This document shows, one piece after another, positions 39,101 through 54,100 of a DNA stretch of 64,000 nucleotides. The DNA is from Botryllus schlosseri (Eukaryota), in the NCBI GenBank assembly GCA_051294905.1, contig CM119377.1, positions 15,128,001 to 15,192,000 of the forward strand. The letters are read 5' to 3'. The translations under genes were made by a program, and so were the position numbers. The notes beneath the pieces were generated by a model that searched no databases, had not been told where the DNA came from, and was given only the letters and a program-made list of their open reading frames with translations. How positions within the stretch are numbered: the first letter of the stretch is position 1; the number at the start of each line of letters is the position of its first letter.

Positions 39101-42100
39101 CCCGAGTATACGAGTGGGTGACGGATTACAGTTATACGATGACCTTGTATAGTAACAACGTGATAGTGCTATAATTTCCTCTTAAGTCGCAATTCTATCC
39201 ATATATCTTCGGCCTTTGTGTTTTATCTGTGTGAAACACGCAATGTGATATGCAATACACGAGGTACAATGCGAATCGTAAAAGTATAAATTAGTGTGAT
39301 GAAACAGTGTTTCAACTTTCAAATTAGCCAACATAGCGGGATATTATGACGTCACTGATGTACAAAACAAAGTTAGACTATCAGGAATTGAAATGCAATG
39401 CAACGCCTAATAAAACATTTTAAATACGAGTGAATTAAGCGAATCGCAACTTGATTTATTTTCTTACTATGAGATTAGCGATGTCTATTAGGTTGATTTT
39501 CGAGACTTCTGTTTGAGTGCCAGCATAGTCGTGCTTTAGTTGGCCATGGTTGTGTGCAACAATGTGAGTATAAAAATCTGCATTGTACAATGGCGCAATA
39601 TGTATAAACTCAATGAGCCCGAAAAAGGACTTCGCGCATTTTTCCAATCTATCTCAAAAATTAGGTCTGTTGCGCATAACGGTCAATATTTCCATCATAG
39701 ATTTGTATGGCAACGCTAAGCTTAAAAATGAAATTCACTATTAAAAAAAACGCGAACTTTTTGCTAAACATGTATTTGGCCATATTATTCCTTACAGACA
39801 TCATCGATCTGGATGTGTAAAGCTTTGCGTTCTTTATTAATAGAGTTTTACTGCAAAACATCGGAGAGGTGCAGTTGGAATATTCCTGGAGCGTGCATAT
39901 GGAAACTCCGTCTTTGCCTCGATTGGAATCCGCCAATTCTGAATACCCAACGTCCGTCGTCACGGCGAGGTACGAATTATACTGCCCGACATACTTATGA
40001 CATTTAGTTAATTAAATCGAAAAGAAATCAACCTTTTTGTGCGTGATTTTAGGAGCGCTACCGTCGAGTCGACAGTTGCGTCGCCTTTGGCCGCGGACGG
40101 TTCGCCGTTGCCATTTTCGGTAACGCCGAAGGACGGCAGAATCATGCCCGGCAAAAAGCAATATCTGACAGTTCGCTTCAATCCGACTGAAGTGTCGGAA
40201 TTCCAAGCTAGGCTCGTGTGCAAGTGAGTCGTGTCTCTGTTGTGTCGAGTTATGCCGTTCGCCCTAGCCCGGTACATGCCCACTGTTTACGTCAGGCATT
40301 TAATTATATACCCTATTCCCACTATCTGCCAGACTTGTAAAACTCGATATTTTCAGCCTTTCCAAATTAGATTAGAATTAGAATTACTGAATTTGAAAAA
40401 CTTCAATTTTGAACTATATAAGGAAACAAAATCATATACAGCTCATAAGCATTCTCATAAGCAAGAGCATGGCAAATGTCTTTACAGGCTTGGCTCGTTT
40501 CGCGCAATAAAGTTATCCTGTAGCGTTTGCAGGAAAACCAGACATTAGACTAGTGTTAAAATGAGATTGTAGAAACATTTGACAAATTAAAGTAGAATTA
40601 GAATTAGATAACAGGGTAACAATTGATGACAAAACTTCTACTTCTCTTTATGTATCAACGCTGTCTACATGGTTATGTCTCGAATGCGAAACCTATGATT
40701 AAACTATCTCTGGATGCCATTTGATGTAAACCTGACTCTGATAGATTGCTGGGGTATCAATAACGTAACCAGATTGACCGAGGTGCTATATGCGAATCTT
40801 TCTCCATCCAGCATCCCGAACAAGGAAGAGGACAAATCCGACCCTGAAATCCGGTTGCGTGGCCGAAGTTTGATGCCGTACTGCCACTTTGAACTGGCGG
40901 AGAGCGATTACATATCCGGGAGCAGGCGAAATCCGGATCTTCCGGGTCCCAGGGGGGCTCCGCCCGGCACCACTCTCGATCCGAACATGCGCGTCATCGA
41001 ATTTCAGTCGGTCGGCGTTGGGATAAAGAACGTCAAGTATGTTTTTCTTTGCAATGGCTCTGTGTGCTAAGAACATACGTGACTGTCTTCCCATTACCTG
41101 TTATTTCCGTTAATTAATATCTGTACGGTCTGATCGGTGTGGATTGTAATAGGCTTTTGTCGTAATCTTTGTTACAAACTTAACAACATAAGTATTCAGT
41201 AACGCAGTATACTCCTGTTATTTCTACCTTATAATACCACGTGACTATTTTTGGCCCGTTTATGGCTGGATCAGGGGTGGGAAAGAGGCAAATATTAGGT
41301 TCAGCACTCCAGCACTGTGGTCTGTGGCGTCATTACGTGTGAATGAGTTGGAATAAATGTGTGTCTTGCGGCTTGATTTCGTTGTCATTACAATAGATTG
41401 CGCGGTGGATCGCCGTAATTCTTGCTTTTATGGAATCATAACCACCGGATATCTGCTTTAGAAGAGTTTCATCTCACAGATATATATATATTCAGTTAAC
41501 AGTCGAATGACAACTTTCGTGTTTAGTCATGCGTGTTTCGCTACCGTTTTTCATAGCTATGACGCCGTTTCGCGTTAATTTGCAACGGTTTTATGACAGA
41601 CGATAGAAACGACGATAAAACCACAACAAATCATCGTACGAATTTTTGAAATCCATTGCTGAAGGCTCAATCCTTAATCGCGAATGCGAACTTTGGCAGA
41701 AAATTCTGGATCATGAACCCCTCGGACGCCACGTTTTCGTTCGTCTGGGAATGCGAGGATCCGATCGACGCCAGGATATCGCCGTCGTTCGCCTGTCACG
41801 TATTGCAAGGCACTATCGAACCTAAAAAGAAAACTGAGGTAAGGGTGTCGCCGTTAATAACTCTCGATATTTTTCAGATTCTCTCTCTTTCCAGAACGAT
41901 TGTAAAACTATCGTTTAGTTTCCTGTGCACGATTACGTAGATATCCTTAACTGTAAGGTACAATATCGTTTCTGAATTAGATCTCCTTCGAATACACCCC
42001 GTCTCACCTGTATGTGGCGGAATCGTTCTGGAGATTCTGCATACTCGAACACAAGATCTCGCTTCCGTTCTTGTTGGTCGGGAACGCTGACGAACCTGAC

Positions 42101-45100
42101 GTGACCATGGATGTCTCGCACGTGAATTTCAAGTCTCTCTTGGTCGGTAAGTCGCTGATTAGATGTTTGGATCCGGAATTTGATACGATGTGCAGTGTGA
42201 ATAGTATTCCGAAGGAGTGCTTTTTATCATTGATGTCATGTAAAGCATGAGATGAATTTCCCCCGTGTCCCCACCGCGAAAGATTGTGAATAGTTTACGA
42301 ATTGCGCATCATCGCAGCGCCATCAGGCAATTTATGTTGGTCACGGAATTGAAGACTGTTACAAGTTATTCGCGAATAAAATCCTGCCTGCCAACTATTG
42401 AATCGCGTCTTAAGCTGCCTGCATGTGCCGTGTTACAGTAATTTAGACTTCTATTTGAATTAGCTTCAACCTGCTTGATGCTCTTATATCTGAACCGTAT
42501 CCATGACTACATTGATAACTGAATTTTTTTTATCAGGACGAAACGCAACACGCACCATCCATCTCATGAACGGCGAATCGATCGGCTTCCACTTTTCGTT
42601 CGACAGCGATTCTTGTCATTCAGAGGGATATTCCACCAATCTCATGATCGAGCCCATGTCGGGATTCGTACCCGCGAAATCACGGTAAGGATACTCGCAC
42701 CATTTTATTCCCAAACTCAGCATGGTTAATTACGCGAATACATCGCCTTTTCCCGATCCTTAAGTTGATTTTGTTGTGCGATACTTTGAGCATCACAAAT
42801 TTCGTACCTCAAACGGTATTTTATGCACAGAGACGTTTGAAGTGAACTAGCACTTCGAGGTTTCGAGCTGTTACATTGCTAATAGGACTAATACAACGAT
42901 ACGAATACTCAATTTCGTGTCGTGTATGAATTGTAGTGGGAGTCGATTGTTTTGAGTAGCGATATTATACCCCTTCACACCAAAAGTATAATATTTGAAC
43001 AGCTTAAATGCAATTCCAATACTTCCTTTCCACTGTCAAAGTCTGATTAGCTACGACATAGCCATGGTCCTGAAATACGAGATTATATTGCATTATTTTG
43101 TGGCCGCAATAAGACGCACACATCTGAATTTTCCTAATCATTATTGTCGCTACTACGTCATAATGCTCGAACACTTGACTCTATTAGAAATCAGAAAGCT
43201 TTAGGGAATAAATGAAGCACCATTTAAATGAAATTTCGCTGCCATCCTGATATTGCTCTAAAAGTGCGTTCGTAATTAACAAGTAATAACACGAATAGCT
43301 TTCCACGTGCCTCTTACTACGGGTTACCGACACGATAAAGGAAATAAAACCGAGTTGAATTCAAAACCAAATATTAATAAAATGATATTATAGTTTAATA
43401 TTAGCGTACTTTTGAAAGCTGCGTTCAAATGATGCGCCATCAGTCATTCATCTTGATATTGTTGCGATTTGCGCAGCATGCCGATCCAAGTTTCGTACCA
43501 CGCGTCGATCGCCGGAGAGGTGAATTTCAACGTGGCTTGCAAAGTGACGCGCAAGACGAAGAAACTGACTCTGAACGTGAAGGCCTGCGGCCACAACATG
43601 CAGGCGCAGCTCTTGTGCGAGAACTCGCAAGGAACCAAGATCGAGCTCTCTTCGGCGGGGCTGAACGCGATCAATTTCGGCGAGGTATGTGCTTTTTGCT
43701 TTGTCAATAATCTACTGGGTGCTGTGACGCAACAAAGTGGACGACCTATGTCAGATCTCTTACTTACTGATGAAATGGTGCCATCGCGAATCGCTACGTC
43801 ATAATGGCGTTCATCTCGAGCGCTTTAGCCTGACAAACGGAGATTGATTCTCCTTCTTTGATCTAGCGATGACCTATTTACGATGCTTTCATTTACCCGA
43901 AAGTGCAATGACTAGCCTGCATCGGTTTCACAGCCGTTTTCGTTAGTACATCAAATACGCAAGGCACCGCTGTACCGGCTATGGTGAAATTACTGCGGTC
44001 GGCTTCTAATTTACTGTAAAATGGACTGTCCGGCTAAGCGGCTTCATAACTTAACAATCCTGGCTAAATTCTGCCCGCGTACCGTAATTTAACGATTTTT
44101 TGCGCAATAACGCACGCAGTCGCGTCAGTTCTACGGTCTGGAGGCCAACAATCCCCGCATCATGATCTGCTCCCTATTCGCGAGAAACAATTTTCACATT
44201 GTTCCTTTATTTCTTCCTACTTATCCATGTAGGCCTGCCCTTTTAGTACACGCACCAACGCTATACAACGCCATCCCATATTCTATGGTCGGTACCAGCA
44301 ATGTTCTCTCAAGCTATTTCGTAATGATGATTCTATGCATTCGTACAGCACGTGTAAAGATTTAATGTATAGAAAATAAAAGACCAACTGAGACGGAGTT
44401 TATCAGTTTACACATATCTATGAAAGCCATATTACATTGCGTGATATTATTTCTGTTCAGCACGTACGTAAATATCCAAATTTAGCGTTGAAAATATTCA
44501 TAGTATATGTGTAGTATATACACTAGTGTTCTTACCAGTATGTTCTGTGTTGTATTGATACATACTAGGGATGGTGTGAACGTGAGGTTCACGTTCGCGT
44601 TCTGTGAGTGAAATGCGCAACATGTAGATATGGTCAGCGAATGATGTTTATTCAACCAATCAATGAAATTCATATAAAGAATACACCGTTGTCGAATGTA
44701 AAAAATCCAGCAAGCGTACGGTGACCATCTTGATTTGGTATGTTTATTGTATCATACAAAACAAATTCGTGTTATTGGGGTGTTGGCTACTCCTGTATAA
44801 CTTGTTAATGGGATAACATCGGTATCAAGTATAGAAACCCTTTTGACACTCTGCTCAATACTCAGACGCCGAATACATATTCCGGTCTGGCCTAGACCGT
44901 TAAGGCGTAAGCTTGTATTCCCTTGCAAGTCTTCGTCGAAATTGTTGGCAAAGAGACGGAAGATATTGATTTTACGGGATTATTATATCATTTGATTGCT
45001 CTAGTTGATATATTTGGCGACGTTTAAAAAGTCAGTATGTACTGCAGCATTGTGACATTATGTGACCCGAGTCGTCTGTAGGTAGTGTGTTTTACATTAA

Positions 45101-48100
45101 TACATCACTTCACTGAAACGCAGGGTTGGAATTAACAATATGACATCACGTGACGTCATGAGGTTTACATTCGCGTTCACACAGAACCTTTCAAAAAGGT
45201 TCGCGTTCACACGAACCTGAACCTTTCAGAGGTTCACACCATCCCTAACATGCTCTCCTCGGAACCGAAATTCGTCACGTGACCCCCAGTTCTGAAGCCC
45301 TGGTATACCTGTATTGTGTTATATTGCAAACTGGATCATAGAAACATCAGAACTGAGCTTGAATTCCGTAAATCGCAAAGTTAGATTGATATAGACCAGT
45401 GGTTCCCAACCTTTTTCGACCCATCGCCCCCTTTTCAAGGTCAACACCGATCATCGCCCCCCAAATTTTGTGTACCGAAAATTGGGCATACAAACTGTAA
45501 TCACCGGCGGATTGACTAAAAAAAAAGGTCAAATTTTGGGCTCGATGTCTAATTTGACACACTTTTGTAACTAAATATCCGTGGGTTGACTAAAAAAAAT
45601 AAAGGTCAGCCGTTTTGTAGCGTCATCACCCCCTTCGCTATTTTCGCCCCATGTCGCCCCCTTCGTCACTTTCGATATCGCCCACGTTGGGAACCACTGA
45701 TATAGACCGACTTGAACTCTCGACAGGTCGAACTGCACGAGAAAGCCGTACGCCAGCTCTACCTCGTCAACTGCGGCAAACACAACTTCACGTATTCGTG
45801 GATATTGAATCGCGACATCGCAGTCAACGAAGCTTCGAGCTCGCGCGAACCGAACTCCACGAGGAGATCGATGGATTCGAAGTAGGGAAAATTTTACGCA
45901 ACGAATTTCAACTCGTAATGGATTAAGAATATGTTTTTTTATGTTTTCGTCAGAGGGGGTCAACTATCGCGCAGGTCCAAGTCGAAATCCGGATATGCGA
46001 AGGCTCCGGCTATCACCATATCTCCGGAGGAAGGCACAATCTCGGCGGGCACGCGGAAAAGGTGTCTGCTGACTTTTGAACCGTGCGATCTCGGAGAAGG
46101 GCTGCCTTCCGAACTCATTTTGAAGGTCGGTTAAACGACCAATAGTGGTTTCCAGTCTTTCTCAATGGAAAATAGTATCGTATCTTTAATTCTCATTGAT
46201 AAATTATTATCTCTTAGTGGTTAGGAGTGTATAATATCAGTACACTGATACAATCTAAATATGGCCACAATCATGAAACCCCGGCTATTTCAAGGATAAA
46301 TCGATATCCAAGGCACACCGCATCAATGATTTATACATCGAATTCCTCATCACTGAGATCATTCGAAATACAACCTCAGATTTGTTCCAAATAATCTTGC
46401 TTGATACATTTATAATTACCACGCAGACGAAGTGTGCGATGCTTATTGTCGGCACTTGGTATTTACCATTATAACATTTGTACGGCGTTGTCGCTACCAA
46501 TTATCATAATTGCTGATTAGCGCGCCGCGTTATTAATCAACTGTCACCGCGTTGATTGTAATTGGTACGGAATTCTGGCGCTTCGCCAATTAAACGCATA
46601 ACGATGCGTACCGGCGGTCTTTGCTAAGCGGGTTTCTTTTGTCTGGGAATTTATTACGTTCTCGTAATTCGATTTCATCCGCGGAATGTGGATATTTGTA
46701 GAATCATAAGGATACTTGTATTTTTAAGGCAAATCGCGAACAGGACCGTACCCTGTCTAAAGCAGAAATTACGTGTTCGTGCGTATTGTTTATTTATTTG
46801 GTCCGCGGACGTTTCAACACGGGGCAAAATGGATTGTGGGACTCCAGCATGCAACAGTCGAGTTAGGATGAGGGCTGGGTTAAAGTTACGGTCGGGGCTA
46901 TCATTTGTATAAGTGTTAATCTCGGGGTTAGTGATGAATGGTGGGGTGTAGTTACAGGTAGCGTTATAGGGCTGACTTTGATGGTTATAATGTCGCGCGC
47001 TCAAATGACCGGCAATCATTTTATTTTGCATCGATAGCTTAATTTTGTCGGGCATCCAAAGGCCCGTTGATACAGTTTGGATAAAGACATCGATTATTAA
47101 TGAAAATTTATTGTGAGGCTGATTTGCCGGTAATTAGACAACCCCATCGAAATATAGCCTCGTTAAAACGTTGATTATAAAATTCGCTAATATAATACTT
47201 CCCACACTGGAAGCGGTTATCACATACTGTAGAGTAAATCAGCTTTTAAGGCGGTAACATACAGAAAATTACACTTCCCTGGGGATATTTGGGAAGTATC
47301 TAATGTTCCGGCTATCGGAATTTCATGAAATCAGAATAAATCTCGTGGCTGTTTTCTTCGCAATGCATTTTGGTAATTGTTAATCACGACTCCTACATTC
47401 CCCTAGCAAGTGAATTACGATTCATGAGGTGTTCGACTTTCAGTGAAGACTTATCATCCTCCAATCATTTATAAGTAGTAACCTATGCTGTATTATGCAC
47501 CTTAGTGAAACACACTGTTGATATTTTTCAGGTGAGCGACGGCCCGACCTACCTTTGCCACATCAGCGGGACTGGAGTCGTTCCGGGCGTCGTGTTTTCT
47601 TTCTGCAAACATTCGGTCGTCAGCAGACATTCGTTCGGCTCCCGCTTCATCTACCACGCCGGCATGCCGCACAACACAAAAACTTTGACCATCACCAACA
47701 AAGATTCAAAGGAGAACAGGTATGGAATATACATCGGCGTCCAGTGTAACAACGCTAGCAACGTTGACCATTTCCGTTTATGGAATATATAACTAACACA
47801 GGGGTCGCCAACTCAAAACTGGTCGCGGGCCACTTTTCAAATTTCGTAGCGGCCGCGGGCCGCATGAATTCAATATCGATATAAAGTAGGCAACCACGTT
47901 TTAAAACTCTATGTCAGTACAACGCTGTGCTACCTAACATAGGCGATGGGCATAGTGATCACAAAAGAAGTAACATTTTATTAAGGGAATAAAAATAGAA
48001 CAGAATATCACCCTCATCAATTTCATTTTATTTTGAACTCTGAGCTGTGCACGATACCTTGAAACGCTTTTTGGGGCTAGCGAGATACGTTACTAGATGA

Positions 48101-51100
48101 AAGACCATCTCCACGTAAAGCTTGATCTTGTGAAGAAGCCCTAAGCCAGTGGTTCTCAAACCTTTTTAGACATGTCCCGCTTTATGATACTAAAAATTGT
48201 CGCCCCCCCCCCCCCCTTATTGTCACATCACAAAATGCATCCATAAACCTAGCAATCCGAACGGATCGTTTAATGGCATGAATGGTTATGAATGTTGATT
48301 AGAGAATTCTATAATATGAATTCGGGACTGTACAGTGCAATAACTATAAGTATGAACTCGAGGTAAATCGCGCGCAGCGCGAAAATTTTTTCAGTTGACT
48401 GCAGCTCCGCGCCCATTTCAGATGCTTTCATGCCCCCACAGGGGGACGCGCCCCACAGTTTCAGAACCACTGCCCTTAGCCGTTTTCTAAGCGTCTCGGT
48501 CTTAGCAGTATTTCGGCCATTGCAGGTCAATTTCAGCATTTGCAAAATGTTTTCTTAGCTTTCTTCCGAAATCTCAAATCAAGTCGCGGGCCGCAGAATA
48601 TGACCTCGTGGGCCGCATGCGGCCCGCGGGCCGCGTGTTGGTGACCCCTGAACTAACACATTGAGGCTTTGCGTTATTTAAACGTTTATTTCTGTTCCAG
48701 CATCGAGTGTCTCTACGAGAACACACCGCATCTGGAAGTGGGATTCCAAGCGGCCGTCTTGGCGCCGGGAGCGTCTACGGACGCGGTCATCACCTTTTTC
48801 CCGCGCTCTGTGACGAAATACAAGGAAGTGATACCGTTTCAAATCAACGGCCTGTCGACGTACGCCGTGGACGTTGACGGCGAGGGAACTGAACTTCGAG
48901 TGAGTTATAATACAGTGATAAATAGTCATTCGCGCTTTTTTCAAAATCTTAACTATCATTGTCTAACTTGATTGCATCGTGACCCACTATGTGCAATGTG
49001 CAACCTTCCAAAATACATTCAGTTACAGGGACTATTGCACTATATAAGTGATGCATATTTATCCCAAAAGTATAGGAAGTAAATATTTTTGCCTAAACAT
49101 CGTCACGTAGAAGTAAAATGACTCAAAAAATAACCACTTTAGTAAGTAACGTGATGCCAGAAACATGTTTTACTAAGGAATATGGTGTAGGAAATATCAG
49201 AAACTCGGCTCAACTATTTTTTGTTACATGGCGCTATCTCCAAAGAGTCATTCCATGGAAAGCCTTACAAGGCTATTTCTGCGTCATATGCATATCATTC
49301 ATTGCGAGACTGTGTGAGTCGGTGAATATGCCGCAAAAACAGCAAGGACAAAAATACAATCGTCCCACTCCGATTTACATGTTTACCAGAAGGTTTCGGA
49401 TTGTAAAATATAGCACTTCGTAATCTGTAAATACAAGGAACCGTCAGTAATGAAACCAACGATTCAAATTGCAGGTGGAGGTAGCCAACCCGAAGCAGAG
49501 AATGTTAAAACTCGGCAATCTTCGCGTGGGTGAGGCCGCCACGCACATCGTTCCCGTCATCAACAGGAGCCCCATTGAAGTCAAAGTCAACGTGTCTGTA
49601 ACCCCAGTATTAACGCCCCTGCACGACCCGCGCGTCATGTGCGTCAAACCTTCCGAGCCATTCGTTTTGCCCGGAAAGGGCGGCACCAAAGACCTGAGAG
49701 TTTACTTCGCGCCGCAGACTCGCATACCTCACTTTACGGAAGAGGTGATGCTGGAATGCGAGGGGATGTCCGAGCCTCTGTTCGTGGTCAGCGGTAGTTG
49801 TCAGGGCATTGAGATTTCGTTGGATCAAGATTCGGTGCCTTTTGGCGCCGTGGTGCAGCGCAGTTCGAGCACGAGGAGGATATTGATGCAAAACTCCGGG
49901 GATATCGGAGCTGGGTAAGCGTGCTTTTGATATAGAGCCGGATGTGATCAAAGTCATCAGACATGGTATTCAACAGAGGTGATCCGTAACGAACTACTTT
50001 TTTAGCATAGTAATCAAGTGAGTTTTGGTTTTCTTAGACAAAACCAGGCCTTGAATACTTACTAGTCACTATAATGTAACACTGAACTTTGCAACGGAAG
50101 GCTAATCAAAGTAAATTATTGATTGCTTGATTACGGATCAACACATTACTTAGTACCAATGATTAGTAGTGAATACGGTGGTCATTTCTGATTACAAGTG
50201 AAAACATACGATATCACGGGACGATCAGAGTGCGCCAATAGAAATATATCGCGTGTAACACTTTGCGTTACCTGGCAATCCGCATGATCGCGAATAAATG
50301 CATTATTACCCCGAGATGTGACCGCAAAACAATCTAATTTTACGGCAAACGAATCGGCCATATTACTGCACAACTGTAATGTACTGTACAGTGTGCAATA
50401 CACACTACATATGGAGAATGGTCAGGTCACGCCATGTATGCGTGCTACTCTCATTGCCTTCGATATTATAGAAATTAACTGAAGAGGCTGCTGGTGCTGG
50501 TGGTACAGAACTTAAGTATACAGTTGAATGATATATTCGAAGTGAAATAAACTCCTAATTTCCGGGTTTACTTCAATATGAATATGTTGTTCAACAGAAT
50601 TAATTGGTACTGCCACTTAAAATCGCTGGCAGTCGTGGCAAGTTTTCTTAAAGTGTGCAAAACGCAACGCTAGCAAAATGACGCGTGAAACGGCCTTCAA
50701 GTAAAGGCTTGGATTATGCGTTCAAGGCCGCAACGAGGTTCCGAATCTAAGATTCTAAAATAGTGAATTCACAGAAATCTGCTAGCTGCATATATGCCGA
50801 TAGGGTCCACACTTGCCATCGCGAAACGAAACACTTGAAATAACTAGTAGTAACACGAAGTGGCGTCTGCATTCTCTCAAATTTGAGGTTATGCGTCGAA
50901 ACAGCGCGTCGACAAGTTCTGAATTCGATACGCGTTAGTCGTAGCGCGTCGGTGGTGTAAAGGTTAGCATTGTTGCCTTCCAAGCAATAGATCCGGGTTC
51001 GATTCCCGGCCGACGCACGATTTTTGTTTGTTATGTTTCTTTTGCGTTAATTTCGTCGTTTCATTCCTTAGTACTAGTGTGACTGAGGGATTTGATCTTA

Positions 51101-54100
51101 TTGTTAACTTCGTTTAGCAAAACAAATGCAAAATTTCCACTGGTAAAGCGACAAGAGAAATTGCTTTTGGCTGCCGTTTTGTGCATCTGCACGAAATTTC
51201 ATTTTCTCATATTCGTTCATTTGCTGGCAATTTTCGTTTCAAAACATCACAAAGGGCGAGACAAAATGAATATATGTCACTTCATCAACCACTTCCTTGA
51301 ACTGATAAACATGGTACAATAATCTAAAAAGCATCGAATTTCAGTCCCGAATGAACGAGAATAGACACAAATGATCGCTTGAACTGGACGTAATTTATAT
51401 ACTGGCTGACTTGGAAATCGTACGTCTGTAGGCATTTTCGCTTCGAAGCGTTGACTATAAACGCGACCCAAACTTATTTTCACAAAATTCATAGCCAACG
51501 AGTAAGTTGTTGTATGTTGTACTCGTGGCGCTTTTCAACTATTACTTTGATACCGTGTCTGCCGACTTGTAGCACAGCTAAATTCTAGGCTTTTTCAAGA
51601 CACCGCTTACGCAAATCACATGGCAAGTGTACCGAGTAGGTAGTTTTGGTGCAAACCAATACGAATTCTGCTGTATGAGTCGGCTGTGTGTCTTGACGCC
51701 CGCCTAAACCATTGTATAGTACACTAACGGGTCGCTAATTCATCGCGTCTTTCTCAGATTCCGATGGGACGCGGACAAATTCGCGCCCGACTTTTCGATA
51801 GAACCGGAGAGCGGCTACATTAGTCCCGGCATGGAGGTTCCGTTCACTCTCACCTTCCATCCAGAACGGCTCGACAACGACATTCGTTACGACCGGCTCA
51901 TGTGCCACATCGAAGGCGGGGCGCCTCTAACGCTCACGCTGACCGGCATGTGCGTTGGATCGCCGCCGACTAAAGAGGTGAAGCTGGCGTTAGGTTGAGT
52001 TTGTTCAGTCGCTTTTGTAGTGGAGGTGTAATCTTGTGAATCTAGACGTCTTTATCCGCATCACAATTTAATTTCGGTAATTTATTATCAACCGGACTGA
52101 ATACGTTGAATTTTCATTGATGTGTAGCATTCAGATGGCAGATAATGTTTTTGTAGCATTGCTAACGATTGTAGACATGGTTCGACCCATGAACGGTTAG
52201 TTTTGAACCGTGATGTGACCGGTAGATGGCGCCAAGTAACCATCTTCTGAAATCGATGTCGTCACGTTTCCAAGGCATATGAATGATTTATCCAAATTGA
52301 CTCGCAGATGACATTAGATTGCCTTGTTTTAGTTCTGTAAAGAGTCTGAAATCGCACGTCGAGTTAATAATTCAGCGCGTTCTATGTTTTCTCACTGCTA
52401 TCAAAAGGAAAATTTTCTATTCACGATCTTATCGCCCTTTTTACCTGCAAAAGCGGGCTTGCAAACTTTGTGATATTGTGTTGCGATTTTAATGAGTTTC
52501 TCAGCCTGCTGTAGTCGTCAACACTGTTGACTCATGCTCAAAAGTCTTTCTCCCTAATATGCAAGAAGGTTATGACACACTTTAGATGATATCACACGGA
52601 AATGATAGACTTGAGATCCTCAAACTCGGTAGCCAATGTATTTTTCCATATTGCCAACATACCTCATGAATAACCTTTGTTTAATGTTTATGCGTCTTCC
52701 AATTTGGCTTCAACAATCATCGAAGCTACGATATCTATTTTCAGCGTTTTCAATTTTGTCAGATAGGCATTAGTTTTGGCTTGATTTGCGACTATTTTTT
52801 ATCAGTAAAATCGCCATACCCAATAGTGTAGTGATGTAACTCCATTATCACGATCACGAAGATATTTTACCACTTAGTTCTATTTGTAGAGCCGTTTAAC
52901 TGTCCCGCGTGTGAGATAGAATGTGAGTTACAATATTCAGGATGTCGCGGGATATTGATGTATAGATATCTGGTGATGACCCCGTACTAATTTTACTCGC
53001 AGTTTTCGATATTTTTCTGCTTGCGATGGCGTTATAAGTCCTTTCGTCGGGTTCAGGACTTCAACTGGCGCTTTGAGTAGTATTTCACGGCATTTTACGT
53101 TATGCTCACTCGATTATAGTATCTGTGAGTATTTTGACCACTTGAGATTGATGGTAATCGCTTACTTGTCCCACCATAAAATTTGCTTCGGGCGGCATCA
53201 CAAGTACATACGGGTGAATATAATTATGACGTATGGGCGATGCTATATGGGTATAGAAACGCCAAATATGTTAATGCCGGTGGAATAGGCTGGAATGCAA
53301 CGATGCGAAATGCGTAACTATGGTCGCTTTTGCCATTTCTTTCTATAATGAACACGAACAATTGAACAATGAACATACTCACTCACTCATTGTGACGTCA
53401 TGGCAGTATGAGAGACGGGTGGAAGTTCAAAAATGTACCCTTCATGCGACCACATAGAATATAATGCCAATTCTATATCACGCTTAAAAATTATTTGGTT
53501 CTTTTCGACCATACCTATTTCCCTTCACTTTGTGACAATGTTGTGGGTATGGGTCATTTCCACTAGGGTACAAAGCTGTGTACTACACGTTCCGTGTGCT
53601 GCGATAACGGCCAATCGAGATTTACGGCCTTGCCCTATTGAAAATATCGTAACTATAATTCTCGTTCATATAATCACTGTTTTATGTTGATTAGTTTTTA
53701 AGTCAGATTAGAGAACGCAATAATGTTCCTAATCGCTTACATAATTACCTCATTCATTGTATTATCGCACTGAAAAGGCAACTCCGTGTATATTGGCCGG
53801 GTCAGGCGATGTGCAGATATCCCGTGATGGATTGCGAGTCTCGTCGGTACGATTTCGGTGTTATTTCTGCGCCGTAATACGTGTTACGCGCCGTCATACA
53901 TGTTTCCAACACAGCGTGTAACGCGTAGTTTATGGTACATAGAGATGGTATCTTTATTTTGACTGCGCTCGCGTAATTGTGTTATGAATGATTGAGGAGA
54001 TACGGTGATGTGTATTGCTTGTTCGAGGCTGTTTTTCTGTGTAGTGACTCGGGTAATTGTCACTGTCGCCGCACAGCTGGGACTGGCGGGCTGATTTTCA

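Noticed and set aside
49610-49957. Minus-strand ORFs opposite GC-rich exons (also 23581, 25325, 29202, 40786, 43444, 45571, 48678)
   Set aside because: Antisense shadows of HYDIN exons with few stop codons.
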